Source: a bacterium (GTDB taxonomy: Bacteria > UBA8248 > JACPRG01 > G963555815). Taken from it: DNA of 64,000 nucleotides. Under the pieces are notes generated by a model. It did not search any database and had not been told where the DNA came from. It saw nothing but the letters and a program-made list of their open reading frames with translations. The position numbers were made by a program, and so were the translations under genes. Positions within the stretch are counted from its first letter, which is position 1. Each line of letters starts with the position of its first letter. Below, one piece after another: positions 1-10,440 of this stretch. Where the stretch lies: positions 256,001-320,000 of the forward strand of contig CBDHDG010000006.1 of NCBI GenBank assembly GCA_965261595.1, given 5' to 3'.

Positions 1-2
1 AG

Positions 3-149
3 GGGCTCAATTACGTCCGGCTGAACGATCTGTCCAAGGCCCTGGAGGCCTTCCGGAAGACCTTGCGGGTTCTCCCTTATTCCGAATCCGCGAAAAACAT
101 GGCCGAGGCCATCGAGCGCAAGATCAAGTCAGGAGGGACCGAGCTTTGA
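3..149 (+). CDS. 3' end of TPR-like protein (truncated by window edge)
   Basis: Frame reads GLNYVRLNDLSKALEAFRKTLRVLPYSESAKNMAEAI..., a TPR pattern; stop TGA 147-149. Confidence 0.6.
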   Translation, partial: GLNYVRLNDLSKALEAFRKTLRVLPYSESAKNMAEAIERKIKSGGTEL

Positions 150-157
150 AAGGGCCG

Positions 158-664
158 ATGGACGTTCACGAAGCCATCCGAACGCGTTATGCTGTCCGCG
201 ATTTCCGGCCCGACCCCCTGCCGGAGGAAACCATCGCGAAAATCCTGGAGGCCGGCCGCCTGGCGCCGAGCCAACGCAACCGACAGCAGTGGCGCTTCGT
301 GGTGGTCCGGGACCGGGAGACCCTGAAGACGATCGGGGAGCTGTCCCCATCGGGCGGCTTCATCGCCGGGGCCCCGATGGCGGTGGCCGTCGTGATGCTG
401 GGCGCCAAGATGGCCCAGATAGACGCGGCCCGGGCGGTCGAGAACATGATCCTCGCGGGCTGGGCGGAAGGCGCGGGGACCTGCTGGGTGGGCGGGATCG
501 AGCGGGAGCGGGTGAAGGCGCTCCTGGACATTCCCGAAGACGCGGAGCTGATCACCATCCTGCCTTTCGGGTATCCGGCCAAGCTCAGCCTCCAAGGCAG
601 AAAGGACCGCAAACCCCTGTCCGAAGTGGCCCACCGGGAGCGGTTCGGAGTCCCGTATCGGTAA
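158..664 (+). CDS. Nitroreductase family protein
   Basis: AIRTRYAVRDF, APSQRNRQQWRF, GAGTCWVG and ILPFGYP motifs. Confidence 0.92.
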   Translation: MDVHEAIRTRYAVRDFRPDPLPEETIAKILEAGRLAPSQRNRQQWRFVVVRDRETLKTIGELSPSGGFIAGAPMAVAVVMLGAKMAQIDAARAVENMILAGWAEGAGTCWVGGIERERVKALLDIPEDAELITILPFGYPAKLSLQGRKDRKPLSEVAHRERFGVPYR

Positions 665-880
665 ACATCCGGATCGCGGAGAGCAAACCCGATGCGGTGC
701 GGGGGGGGGAAAGCGAGGCGATCACATGATCCGCACAAACCCTGGAACCGCTCCTTTCCCACGCTCTTTTCATGGTGCAATTCGCGATTATTTGAATGGT
801 TCTCCGGGTATAAATCCCCCGGCCTTTTCAGCGTGAGAAGTCTTGGACGGGCCGCAGCAATCTACGCAGGAGATTTTCCC

Positions 881-1531
881 ATGCCGATGGACAGTTACCT
901 ATTCGCGAAGATCATGATTCAGCAGGCGGAAGAGTTCGGCCAATACATGGATGAACACATCCTGTCCAACTGGAATCCCGAGATGGATCAGGAACAAAAC
1001 CGGCGGCTCATGGAGACCCAGGCGTGGCGGGAGTTCTACCTGGGCGTCCCCACCGTCGCCCGGCAGATCGACCAGCTCCCCGCCGAAGACGACGACATCA
1101 AGCTCCTTCTGGCGCGCCAGCTGGCCGAGGAGCTTCTCCACTGGAAGGTGTGCGCCGAGCGGGCGGCGGAGCTGGGAGGAAACGCCGACCTGGCGGCCTA
1201 CGAGCCCCTGCCCCAGGACATCCAGATGTACGAGAACACCTTCATGCCGGAATTCTGGCAGATCGCGACATCCCTTCAGATTTTCGGGGAGACCATTCTG
1301 ATCCACACCTTCCGGAAGATGGTCGAGGTGCTCGACGAGCGCTCGGCCGCCGTCGTCCGGGACGAGATGCTCGTCCACGAAGGGACGCACGTCCGCAACG
1401 GCCGGCTGATGGTCGAGCGGCACGCCACGACGGACAAGATGCAGGACGCCATCCGCAAGATCGGCCAGACCAAGTGCGACTCCATCCGGCAGGCCTATCC
1501 GTACGCCCTGCCCGACTTCAAGATCGAGTAA
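881..1531 (+). CDS. Ferritin-like (di-iron carboxylate) protein
   Basis: AGGAG RBS before ATG 881; two ExxH motifs (EELLH, HEGTH) with intervening Glu; helical composition. Confidence 0.65.
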   Translation: MPMDSYLFAKIMIQQAEEFGQYMDEHILSNWNPEMDQEQNRRLMETQAWREFYLGVPTVARQIDQLPAEDDDIKLLLARQLAEELLHWKVCAERAAELGGNADLAAYEPLPQDIQMYENTFMPEFWQIATSLQIFGETILIHTFRKMVEVLDERSAAVVRDEMLVHEGTHVRNGRLMVERHATTDKMQDAIRKIGQTKCDSIRQAYPYALPDFKIE

Positions 1532-1581
1532 CGCCCGAACCCGTAAGGCCCAGCCCAACCCCGCCCGGGCTGGCGCGGCCC

Positions 1582-1619
1582 GGCCCGGCGGCCCGCCGTC
1601 AGGCCGGGCTTCTTTTTTT
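1582..1619 (+). terminator. Rho-independent terminator
   Basis: GCCCGGC...GCCGGGC stem followed by TTCTTTTTTT. Confidence 0.55.
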
Positions 1620-1638
1620 CGCCTCCGGAGAGAGTCCC

Positions 1639-2541
1639 TTGCCGTCCGCGTTTCCGTCGGCATACGTGCACCATCCCGATTATTACTCCGACGTGGGCGA
1701 GCACGTCCTCCAGACCCGCAAATACCGCGAGACGTTCGAGCGCTTCCGGGCGGAGATAACAATCCCCGATGCATGCTTCTTCGAGCCCCGGCCGGCCACG
1801 GTCGAGGATGTTCTTCTCGTCCACACGCGGGAATACGTGGACGACCTGCTCGGCCACCGCCACACGCACCGCACCCTGGCTTCCGAGCTCCCCATTACGA
1901 AGGAGGTCATCGACTCCTACTTCCTCGCCACCGGGGGGACGGTCCTGGCCTGCCGGTTGGCGCTCGAGCACGGCCGGGCGCTCAACCTGACGGGGGGCTT
2001 CCATCACTGCTTCGCCGCGAAGGCCGAGGGGTTCTGCTACCTGCACGACTTCGCCGTCGGGATCCGGCGCCTGGAGAGCGAGGGGAAGGTCCGCCGGACG
2101 GCGGTCATCGACTGCGACCTCCACCAGGGCAACGGCACGGCGGCGATCTTCGCCGATGACCCGGACGTCTACACCTTCTCCATCCATCAGGAAAACCTCT
2201 ACCCGCAAAAGCAGCGGAGCGACCTGGACATCGGCCTCGGCGACTTCGACGGGGACGACATCTACATGGACCACATCCGCCGCGCCGTTCCGCAAATCCT
2301 GGACGGGCGCCGGCCGGATCTGGTGGTCTACGAAGCCGGAGCGGACCCCTTCGAGGGCGACCAGCTCGGGACCCTCCGAATCTCGAAGGAATGCCTACAC
2401 GAGCGAGACCGGTTCGTCGTCCGGGAATGCGCGGAGCGGGGCGTCCCCATCGCGGGCGTCCTGGGCGGGGGATACGCGGCCGACCCGGAGGACACGGTGG
2501 AGATTCATGTCAATACGTGCAAGGCGTTCTGGACGGCGTAG
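1639..2541 (+). CDS. Histone deacetylase family amidohydrolase
   Basis: GGFHH, GFC, DCDLHQGNGT, AGADP, GGGY motifs; probable TTG start after GGAG. Confidence 0.93.
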   Translation: MPSAFPSAYVHHPDYYSDVGEHVLQTRKYRETFERFRAEITIPDACFFEPRPATVEDVLLVHTREYVDDLLGHRHTHRTLASELPITKEVIDSYFLATGGTVLACRLALEHGRALNLTGGFHHCFAAKAEGFCYLHDFAVGIRRLESEGKVRRTAVIDCDLHQGNGTAAIFADDPDVYTFSIHQENLYPQKQRSDLDIGLGDFDGDDIYMDHIRRAVPQILDGRRPDLVVYEAGADPFEGDQLGTLRISKECLHERDRFVVRECAERGVPIAGVLGGGYAADPEDTVEIHVNTCKAFWTA

Positions 2542-2646
2542 GCGGCGGACCCGCCCGTCGGCGCACGTCGAGTCGCCCTCATCGGCCGGGCTCTATAGAA
2601 ACTCTCCCGTTGATATTCCACCCACCCAATCGCTTCCCGCTCACCA

Positions 2647-2709
2647 TGTCATTCCGACAGAGGAGCCGATCAGGCTCCGACGAGGAATCCCGCCTCGGGA
2701 TTCGACGCG
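2647..2709. repeat. Palindromic intergenic element beginning GTCATTCC
   Basis: GTCATTCC...GGAGCC-GATCA-GGCTCC...GGAATC nested hairpins; head resembles the repeats at 42749 and 63424. Confidence 0.4.
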
Positions 2710-3025
2710 TGGCCGATCATTATTCTCGATTCTCCTGATCCAGGAATAACACCCTATTTCTCCGACCTTTCAAAATACAATCTCATTGATTTCATTGCTT
2801 TTCCGTCTTTGGCTTTGAATCGTACTTTTATGTTGTTGCAACGCCCCAGGGCGGGAAAAGGGGTCTCCAGCCTCGATCTTCTTCAGCATTATCTTCATGG
2901 AACCCCTCCCCTTCTTGTGAATCGAGTTTTTGTTGTTGAATAATAACGAAATTAAAACGAAATCAATGGGGAATTGGATTTTCTCTCGAATCGCATCAGG
3001 GACCATCACGGCCAACGGGGTCCGG

Positions 3026-3103
3026 GACGGGCAGGATGCCCATCCTACCACGAGTTGGGCGACCACTATTCCCTATACGGGTGGGCCGGGCATCCTGCCC
3101 GGC
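3026..3103. repeat. Inverted REP pair, family A (GGGCAGGATGCCC core)
   Basis: GACGGGCAGGATGCCCATCCTAC (3026-3048) and GTGGGCCGGGCATCCTGCCCGGC (3081-3103); homologous pair at 59184-59242. Confidence 0.7.
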
Positions 3104-3459
3104 AGTTTTCTCCGAATGCGCGTTGCAAACCTTGGAGGGAAACCCTGCCGACCCACTCACGCTTCTTTCGCGCCGCGGCGCTCAAATTCGGGCTTGCGCG
3201 GCCCGGCGCTCTCTGGCATTTTGGTCTTCATGCCGTCCGGAATCTACGCTGGCGAGGGCCATCTGAAAGGCAGTACCGGGTGACAAGTGACAAGGGAGCC
3301 GATGGCCCGGAAGCTTATTGACGTGGTGGAGACGGGGGATCAGTCTGTGCCGATCTCCCCTGAGTGTGCGGGTAGTGCAGGGTTTTCAAGGGATTGCGGC
3401 TTTAAGATGACCATAGCCCCTCGATTGAGCAGAGAGTTCTGCTAAGAGACCCTGAAGCT

Positions 3460-3535
3460 GTGGTAAAATGGGGTACTTTCACGTCACATGAGGACCGCAG
3501 GATGGCTAAAAGTGGTCATCTAGGAAATCCCGGTG
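3460..3535 (+). repeat. IS1380-like terminal relic; diverged direct repeat of 11086-11161
   Basis: Aligns without gaps to 11086-11161; ends ATCTAGGAAATCCCGG, similar to the IRs of the IS1380 at 6519/8186. Confidence 0.6.
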
Positions 3536-3593
3536 TATGGGTTCAACTGGACCGCCCCTGGGTTATTGGACACTCGGGTGAGGGTATTCGACC

Positions 3594-4502
3594 TCATGCG
3601 GCCTCCGCAACTTGAGCGAGTTTTTCCTGCCTTGCCTGGGCCGGCGTTCGGTAGCCGTAGCCCTCGAGAATCCAATGATGGTTGTACAGGTTCTTGAACT
3701 CAAGCAGCGCCCACCGCAGTTCCTCTACGGTGGCGAAAGAGCGCACCCACAGGAGATTCTCCTTCAAGATGCGGATAAACCACTCACAGTAGCCATTTCC
3801 CTCGGGCGCCCGCACGAAGCTGGGCGAACTGGTCATGCCCAGGTAGGCGATCTCCCGCTGAAAGTCATCGGACAGATAGGCGGGGCCGTGGTCGTGACGA
3901 ACTTTAAGCCCCTCGGCGACGTCCGCCTCCAAGCCGGCGAAGCGCTCGGCGACCCCCTGCCGGATCGGCTCCAGGGCCTCGAAGCGGTTGCCGCTCTTGG
4001 CCGCATGGATCCCCACGCAGTCCACCGAGCAGTGATCCACCGCCACGAACACCGAGGCCATCCCCTCCTCGGTGGTCACCGTCGTCGTCATGTGCGTGCC
4101 CCACATTCGGTCGGGCCGCTCGGTGCGGATGGTCCCGTTGTGGGCCTTGGGACCTCGGGGTTTGCCCACCCGGTGGGGGGCCTGAAGCCCCGCCTCCCGC
4201 ATCAGGCGACGCACCCGCTCCTTGCTGGTGCGGATGCCCGCGAAGCGCAGCCTCGCCCACACCTTGCGGTAGCCCTCGCCATGGAAGGGAGAGTCCTCCA
4301 GGACCTGCCGGATGTGGCCGAGGAGTTCCGCATCGGTGCACGGGCCCACAGGGCCGCGCTTATTGGGCGTGGGGCGTTCATGAACGAGGACCGCCTCTCG
4401 CCGCCGTTGCGCGTAGACCGTGGAGCGCGCCAAGCCCCAAAGGGCGCACACCCGCTTCAGGCCGTAGGCTCTGCCCGTGGAGGTGAAGCGGGCCTGACTC
4501 AT
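3594..4502 (-). CDS. IS3 OrfB integrase-core transposase (first catalytic Asp appears replaced by His)
   Basis: YRKVWARL, WGTHMT, RHDHG, PEGNGYCE motifs; ATGA overlap with orfA. Confidence 0.9.
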   Translation of the reverse strand: MSQARFTSTGRAYGLKRVCALWGLARSTVYAQRRREAVLVHERPTPNKRGPVGPCTDAELLGHIRQVLEDSPFHGEGYRKVWARLRFAGIRTSKERVRRLMREAGLQAPHRVGKPRGPKAHNGTIRTERPDRMWGTHMTTTVTTEEGMASVFVAVDHCSVDCVGIHAAKSGNRFEALEPIRQGVAERFAGLEADVAEGLKVRHDHGPAYLSDDFQREIAYLGMTSSPSFVRAPEGNGYCEWFIRILKENLLWVRSFATVEELRWALLEFKNLYNHHWILEGYGYRTPAQARQEKLAQVAEAA

Positions 4503-4885
4503 CGCCTCCACCTCCTGCCGGCTAAAGGGCGGCCGGCCTCCAGGCGGTCGATCTTCTCCCGCAGGACCTCGCCCTCCATCGTGAGTTCGCCCACCTTGGC
4601 CTTGAGCCGGGCGTTCTCCTCGGCCCGCTCATCCGCCGGGCGGGCTTTGAGCGCCGCCTCGCCCCCGCGAAGGAACGCCTCGCGCCAGGCGGAAAGCCGA
4701 GCCGCTGTCGTGCCCAACTCGCGGCAGAGCGTCTCCAGGCTCTCGCCCCGCAAAAGACGCAGGACCGCCTCCCGCTTGCGCTGGCAGGAGAACCGACCCC
4801 GCTCACTGCGATGCCCTGGGGCCTTGGCTCCGTTCGCCCTGCGGGCGCCCTCCGCCAAAGCCCCCTCTTGCTTTTGTTCGTTCAT
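4499..4885 (-). CDS. IS3 OrfA (HTH)
   Basis: RFSCQRKREAVLRLLRGE...LSAWR, then leucine zipper LKAKVGELTME. Confidence 0.88.
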   Translation of the reverse strand: MNEQKQEGALAEGARRANGAKAPGHRSERGRFSCQRKREAVLRLLRGESLETLCRELGTTAARLSAWREAFLRGGEAALKARPADERAEENARLKAKVGELTMEGEVLREKIDRLEAGRPLAGRRWRR

Positions 4886-4951
4886 CGCGACACCCCTTTC
4901 TCCATGAATCATGGATCAATCGAGTGTCCAACAAAACCCTAGAGCGGGGGA

Positions 4952-6305
4952 CCGCACTCTCGATTTCCCGAAATTCAATGGCCTTTATGTCTTCCCATTC
5001 TGAGAGCAGCCTGCGGCGGTGCGCTTCATGCGTCGCCATATCGCGCTTGAGGTTTTCCATTCGGTCCTTCAGCGGGCGCAGTTCTTCAATCTGTTTTCGC
5101 AGCTGAATAAACTCCGCGCCATCGATCTTCGATTTCTGGAGTTCTCGCAACAATTTCTCGTAGGTCTCCTCAATTGTCGCGCATTGGGTATTCCATCGGT
5201 TCCTGGTGTCAGCAATCGCGGTATCGGCCTCAGACAACGCTTCGGAAAACTGATCGGCAACTGCCTTGAGACGTACGCTCAGGGTTCCGAGAACTTTTTT
5301 AATTTCCCCCAGAATTTCCGAGTTCGGAAGCCCATCGAGCGCCTTGCCGGACACGAATGCCGCATCGATTGGAATACCCTCAACCAGTTCACCGTGAAGC
5401 GTCCGAAATGGTTCCAGCCGTTCGTCGAGATTCGAAAACAGTTGTTCTTCCTTGATGAGAAGGCTTTTTTCCTTGAGCCGTTCTTCCAGACCGGTTTGCC
5501 GAAAGCGCCTCTCGGTTTCTTCCAGACTGGGCAGGGCCGCGAGCCGATCTTCAAGCGTTTTCATCTCGCGCAGCACGTCCACGATTCTGCTTCGCGACCT
5601 CTCTAGCTCCAAACGGAGTTCCGCCTTGCGCCCGGACATTGACGGATCGCGGTCCATGAACCGCTCTAGCAGCAAGGTGAGTTTCTCGCGGCTCTTGGTG
5701 AGTTCGGAGATTTCATGCTGACCAAACACTTCTACGCCGGGTATCACGTCTCGCGGCGATATGGGCAACACCTCGCCGGTTTCGTCCTTGACGACTGGGG
5801 GATTTGGCACCGAGCGTTCGATCGTGTAGCAGCGCTCTGACGGTTTGTGCGACCGCACCATCAGCGAAACTTTTGTTCCTGATCTTAATACGTGGTGGAT
5901 CACCCCTTCGTGCGCCTTCCTCGCATCCTCTCCTATGGGGTCAAGGCCAAGCACATAGCGTATGCTTTCGATCATCGTGGATTTTCCGGTGCCGCGTCCC
6001 CCGACCACCGCGTTGAGATTGCCATTGAAATGAACGGAGGTATCTCGCAAAAAACCTCCTTCCCAGGTCATGGCGAGGAGTTCGGCATGGGGTTCCGGTT
6101 GCGGATCGCTGTACAACCGTATGCGAGACTCCGGATCAAGGAATGCCTGGCGAAACCCTTCGACCGAAACATCCGACATCTTGATTAAGCAGGACGCACC
6201 ATCTTTTTTCAGGTCATCGGGGTCATTTACATCCGACGCATTGATAATCGCCGGTGCGCGGGTTCGCTTGTAATCGGCGTTCTTGTTCTGCAGAATCTGT
6301 TTGAT
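4952..6305 (-). pseudogene. Middle part of PHP + SMC-like ATPase (TrlF/Ppl-like); 3' end cut off by IS3
   Basis: PHP end (NASD), Walker A GGRGTGKS, Q-loop FGQHE, long coiled coil; Walker B half absent. Confidence 0.85.
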
Positions 6306-6518
6306 CTGGCAAGTCGTCGATAGAAAGGGGGGAGACAATTCTAATGGTTGTGCAAAGAGACCTTATCTCTGATAACATGATGGGCCATGTCAAACGAGGA
6401 TAAGATTAGGATGCCGAAAGGTTGTATCTGGAAAATTCCGGATGAACTCTATGAGAGGCGTCAATCTCTTCTTCATTTCTCCCTGAGGCCGTTTGGCATC
6501 CATTTTTAGAGGTTTCCA

Positions 6519-8186
6519 CCGGAATTTCCCATATCAACTTGCTTGGGTGGTTTCCGGTCCCCTTTCCCGATGAAAACCAGTTGATCCCCTTCCGATGGGT
6601 TTGTCAAGAGCCTTCCAACCCTCCGCAACAAGGTGCTGACGGCCATCGACTGCCCCAAAAGGCGGACCCTCGCCCTTCGGTCCCCTTTGTTCGCGGTTCA
6701 ACCCGTTAACCAATCACCTCATGCTGCCGGGAACCCTCTGCACAAGGTTAGACCGGCACCGGCCGTAATCGGTTGATTCGGTCCAGGATGATGGCGAACT
6801 CTTCCCTGGACACCGCTACTTCGGCCAATTGAAAGATGATCTGCCGGGCGTGCCGCACAATCCTCCCGCCCATTTTGATGAGCTTGACCTGGAGGCTTCG
6901 GAGCGACCAGTGCTTGAGCCCCCTGGGCAAGGCTAGCCTGCGCAGGAAATTGCCCAGGTTGTACGCCAGGACGAAGAGAAGGAGCCGCACCTGGTTGCAC
7001 ACGAACCGGTGACAGGAAAGGCGTGTCCAGTTCAGGGCGTACTTGCCTTCCTTGATCCATTGCTCGGCTGTGCCTCGCTGGTTGTAGAAGTGCACGACCC
7101 CCTCGGGTCGAGCCGTCAGGTTCGTGACAATGAATCCGACGCGAGGGAAGAGTTCGCCTGAGTGCCATTCCACCTTCGCCACGACCCGCCGGGAACGGTC
7201 CCAGCTTCCAGCCTGATACCGGAAGTCGTAATAGAAGATGATGGGTCTCTTGGGCGGGCGACCGACCGGGCGGGTGAGGAGGAAGTCGATCTCTCGCTGC
7301 ACCACGTCGTTGGCGGGAAGGCGGATGGCGTAAAGGAAGCTGTGCGCTTCCAGGCACTCATAGACCTCCGGGCGCGCAAAGGCGGCATCGGCTCGGAAGT
7401 AACGGCGAACACCCGCCCGCTCATACCGGGCCGCGATGGGCGAAAGCAACTCGCGCCAGCCATCGGCGCTGTGCACGTTGCCGGGGCGCAACATCGCCCC
7501 TTCGCAGTCCCCGAACTGGTTAAAGCAAAAAAGAGGGTGATAACAGGTGCAACGAAAGTGGCCGTTGTAGGCCGTACCTTCCTGCTCCCCATGGACGGGG
7601 CTTTCCGAGCTGTCCATGTCCAGGATGATTCGCTGATGGGGTGAGTGTGCCATGGCCCGGTCCACCCACTCCCGGTTCAGCTCGCTCCGGCCCCTTGAGA
7701 TTCTCCTCCCTGGTGAGAACCTCGGTCTCGAACCGGCTCAGGGTGTTGGCGCCCGCCGCCTGCTTCTCAAGCGCTCGGCGGCCGACCACGGCTTGCATCG
7801 CGGGGTCCTGGGCCAACCGCTCGGCATCGTTGGTGTCTTCATACCCTGCCAAGCGGCTATAGACCGACTGGCGCAATAGCGGCGCCAACTCATGCTGGAT
7901 GTTCCGGCCATGACGGATCTCTTGCAATTGCACTGGCGCTCTCACCGTCAAACCCAGCGCATCATCCAGCTCCCGGCAGGCCAGCAATCCCGCATCCGAA
8001 GTGATTCTGGTTCCGTGAAACTCAAGCCTCAGCCGACGGTCAAAACGGATCTTCAAAGCCCCCTTCTTCGCTTCACCCATTGGGTCCCCTCGCAAGATGA
8101 TGGCAGGGAGAGGCCAACACCTTGATCTTACACGAGAAAACGGCATTCGGTCCGACAAAACTTATGATCCATATGGGAAATGCGGG
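6519..8186 (-). mobile_element. IS1380-family element
   Basis: IRs CCGGAATTTCCCATAT (6519-6534) and reverse complement of 8171-8186 CCCGCATTTCCCATAT, 14/16 match. Confidence 0.92.
6748..8080 (-). pseudogene. IS1380 transposase, frameshifted near 7690
   Basis: ITSDAGLL, GYEDTND, LDMDSS, YNGHF, RADAAF, YNQRGTAEQWIKEGK motifs split over two frames. Confidence 0.9.
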
Positions 8187-8803
8187 TTGATCCCTTGCGG
8201 TGCATCATCAACCGGTCCCGGAAGTGCGCAGGCAATCAGATTCGACGAGGTCCAGACGTTGATCCGTGATTGCCCCTGAAGAGTTTTAAGCAAGCCCCCC
8301 TGGGACGCTACATGTGCGGCAATGCACACGGCACCCCATTCCCTTGATTGCTCCAGAAGGTCGGCGGAGTCCAGACTGCCTGTTGGCGAGGGCTGATCCG
8401 TATCGTGTATGCCGCAACGGCCGAGAAAACTCTCCAGTGCATTGTCCTTTTCGGGATCGAACAGGCACAGGAAATGAACGCCATCCTTCGCTACGGCTTC
8501 GAAACCGCCGAAGGCCCACAAACCCGCGTCGCGAGCAACACCCAGCAAGTTCCGGGAGTGTTGTACGCGATAGTGGTCGGTGACTCCGATCACCTCGATA
8601 TCCCTTTCGAGGCAGACCTCTACCATTGCCTGGTTGTAGTCGGCTTCCGACGTGAAGGTTGTTTGCTTGTTGTACCTACCGAGGTAGTCAAACGGATTGA
8701 CTTGCAGGGCGCAACGATAAAAGCGCGCGCCACTCGAAAGTTCCAGCGCAGTTTGCATGGGCTCTGAGAGGGCGCGCAGAGCATTCGTCGTCGCGATCGT
8801 CAT
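8187..8803 (-). pseudogene. N-terminal PHP domain of the interrupted PHP-ATPase gene
   Basis: GARFYRCALQVNP, IGVTDH, GFE, GVHFLCLF, IAAHV; rejoins the 4952-6305 part in frame when the insertion is removed. Confidence 0.85.
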
Positions 8804-8837
8804 GCACTGCTCTCCGTAAAAATTCTCCAGGGAGTGT

Positions 8838-9008
8838 TCATTTCCGCTCCAACACTTCTTCATTTTCGTTGACGTATCGTTCGACCGCGTCGCGTACAAC
8901 CCACGCCAGCGACACCTTCTTTTTTCTGGCAAGCTGTTTTAATGCCTCGTAGATGTCGGGTGGAAAGCTGATCGATGCGCGGATCGACCGTGCGTCTTCG
9001 GGTTTCAT
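8838..9008 (-). CDS. CopG/ribbon-helix-helix regulator
   Basis: RASISFPPDIYEALKQLARKKKVSLAWVVRDAVERY. Confidence 0.85.
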   Translation of the reverse strand: MKPEDARSIRASISFPPDIYEALKQLARKKKVSLAWVVRDAVERYVNENEEVLERK

Positions 9009-9061
9009 GCTTTGTTGAGCTCCCTTAGGCCCTTCCATAGCGACGCGTTTCCCTATTCATC

Positions 9062-9097
9062 TTCACCATGGTACACCATAATGGTGAATTATGGCAA
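9062..9097 (-). promoter_or_regulatory. Putative promoter and operator of the RHH-PHP-ATPase operon
   Basis: TTGCCA-18bp-TACCAT on minus strand, overlapped by CACCAT/ATGGTG repeats (TTCACCAT...ATGGTGAA palindrome). Confidence 0.55.
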
Positions 9098-9227
9098 TTC
9101 TTGGAACACCGTGTTCGCTGGCGTTTCCCGCCCGGACCGACCGAGTTCCACTCATATGCTGCCAACGCTAGTTGGCGAACATAGGTTCAAGTAGATTGCC
9201 CCCGTCCGATCCGTTTGGAGCACACGC

Positions 9228-9548
9228 TGAGGTGGTCCCACTATCTTGGACAGTTAGGCGGCCGAGTTAAGGTGTAATCCATTCGTTGATCATGCCGCCA
9301 GCGTCCTGTTGAACCCGTCTTTCTGTTCTGGTTGAGCCGGCAGAGGGGCAGGCAAGCGGTGGGGCTTGGCCTGCATCTGCGGCGGCAGTCCTTTTTCGTA
9401 GGCCTCGGCTGGGGTGGAGCCAGCCAGGGCGGAATGAGGCCTTTCGGTGTTATAGAAGTCGAGCCACCTGACAATGACCCTTTGGGCGGCGAAGCCGTCG
9501 GTGAGCTCGTGCAGGTAGACGGCCTCGTATTTGAGCGAACGCCAGAGG
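9228..9548 (-). mobile_element. Truncated IS3 relic (OrfB C-terminus + right IR)
   Basis: LWRSLKYEAVYL...FYNTERPHSAL on minus strand; IS3-like end TGAGGTGGTCCCACTATCTTGGACA. Confidence 0.75.
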
Positions 9549-9588
9549 TGACCAGACCGATTTTTTGTACGACTTATTGGGAGAGAGT

Positions 9589-10440
9589 TTACATGACAGC
9601 CTGAGGCTCTGAAACCGGTTTTGGGGGAAGGAATGGAGTGCAGACCTCCGGCGCCGGGGGCCTGTAATTCAGCGCCGAGTGCGGTCTCCGGGTGTTATAT
9701 TCCTCCCGCCATTGCTCAATCACAATCTGGGCCTCCTTCAACGAATAGAAGATCTCACCATTTAGGCATTCGTCTCTCAGCTTCCCATTGAAACTCTCAC
9801 AATACCCATTCTCCCAGGGACTACCGGGTTCGATGTATAACGTTCCGGTTCCGACCTTCCCCAGCCACTGACGCAAGTCCCGGGCCAGAAACTCTGGGCC
9901 GTTGTCGGATCGAATATGCTCCGGGACCCCTTGCCACACCATCACGTCCGACAACGTCTCGATCACCTCCGGGCTGCCTATCCTCCGCTCGACTCGGATG
10001 GCCAGGCATTCTCTCGTAACCTCGTCCAGCAGCGTCAGAAGCCGCAGCGTTCTTCCATCGTGCGTTCTGGCGCTGACAAAATCATAGCTCCAGACGTGGT
10101 TCCGATGCTCCGGCCGCAGTCGCACACAGGAACCGCCGTTCAGCCAGAGCCGTCTTCGGGGCCTTTGTTTCTGCGGCACTTTCAAACCTTCCCGCCGCCA
10201 GATTCGCTGCACCCGATCCTTCCCCACCGGCCAGCCCGAGCTCTGCAGCAACGCCGTGATTCGTCGATAACCGTACCGCCCGTACTGCGCCGCCAGAGCC
10301 ACCACCGCTCGTGTCAGCTCATCCTCGTCCAACCGATCCATCGGCCGGTATCGTTGCGTTCCCCTCCATTGCCCTAGCAGCCGGCAGGCGCGCCGTTCCG
10401 ACAGGCCATACTTCCACCGCGCAACGTCGCCGCTAGGGCT
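9589..10440 (-). CDS. IS3 OrfB transposase
   Basis: WSYDF, IRSDNGPEF, PGSPWENGYCESFNGKLRDE; N-terminus looks shortened. Confidence 0.88.
   Translation of the reverse strand, partial: SPSGDVARWKYGLSERRACRLLGQWRGTQRYRPMDRLDEDELTRAVVALAAQYGRYGYRRITALLQSSGWPVGKDRVQRIWRREGLKVPQKQRPRRRLWLNGGSCVRLRPEHRNHVWSYDFVSARTHDGRTLRLLTLLDEVTRECLAIRVERRIGSPEVIETLSDVMVWQGVPEHIRSDNGPEFLARDLRQWLGKVGTGTLYIEPGSPWENGYCESFNGKLRDECLNGEIFYSLKEAQIVIEQWREEYNTRRPHSALNYRPPAPEVCTPFLPPKPVSEPQAVM

Larger units (their letters stand above)
3548..4951 (-). mobile_element. IS3-family element, copy 1 (1404 bp)
   Basis: Near-identical inverted copy of 52037-53440; IRs share TTGGACACTCG; no target duplication. Confidence 0.95.

Noticed and set aside
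3140..3290. Possible truncated signal-peptide gene or IS1380 transposase tail
   Set aside because: Requires frameshifts and is too short to assign
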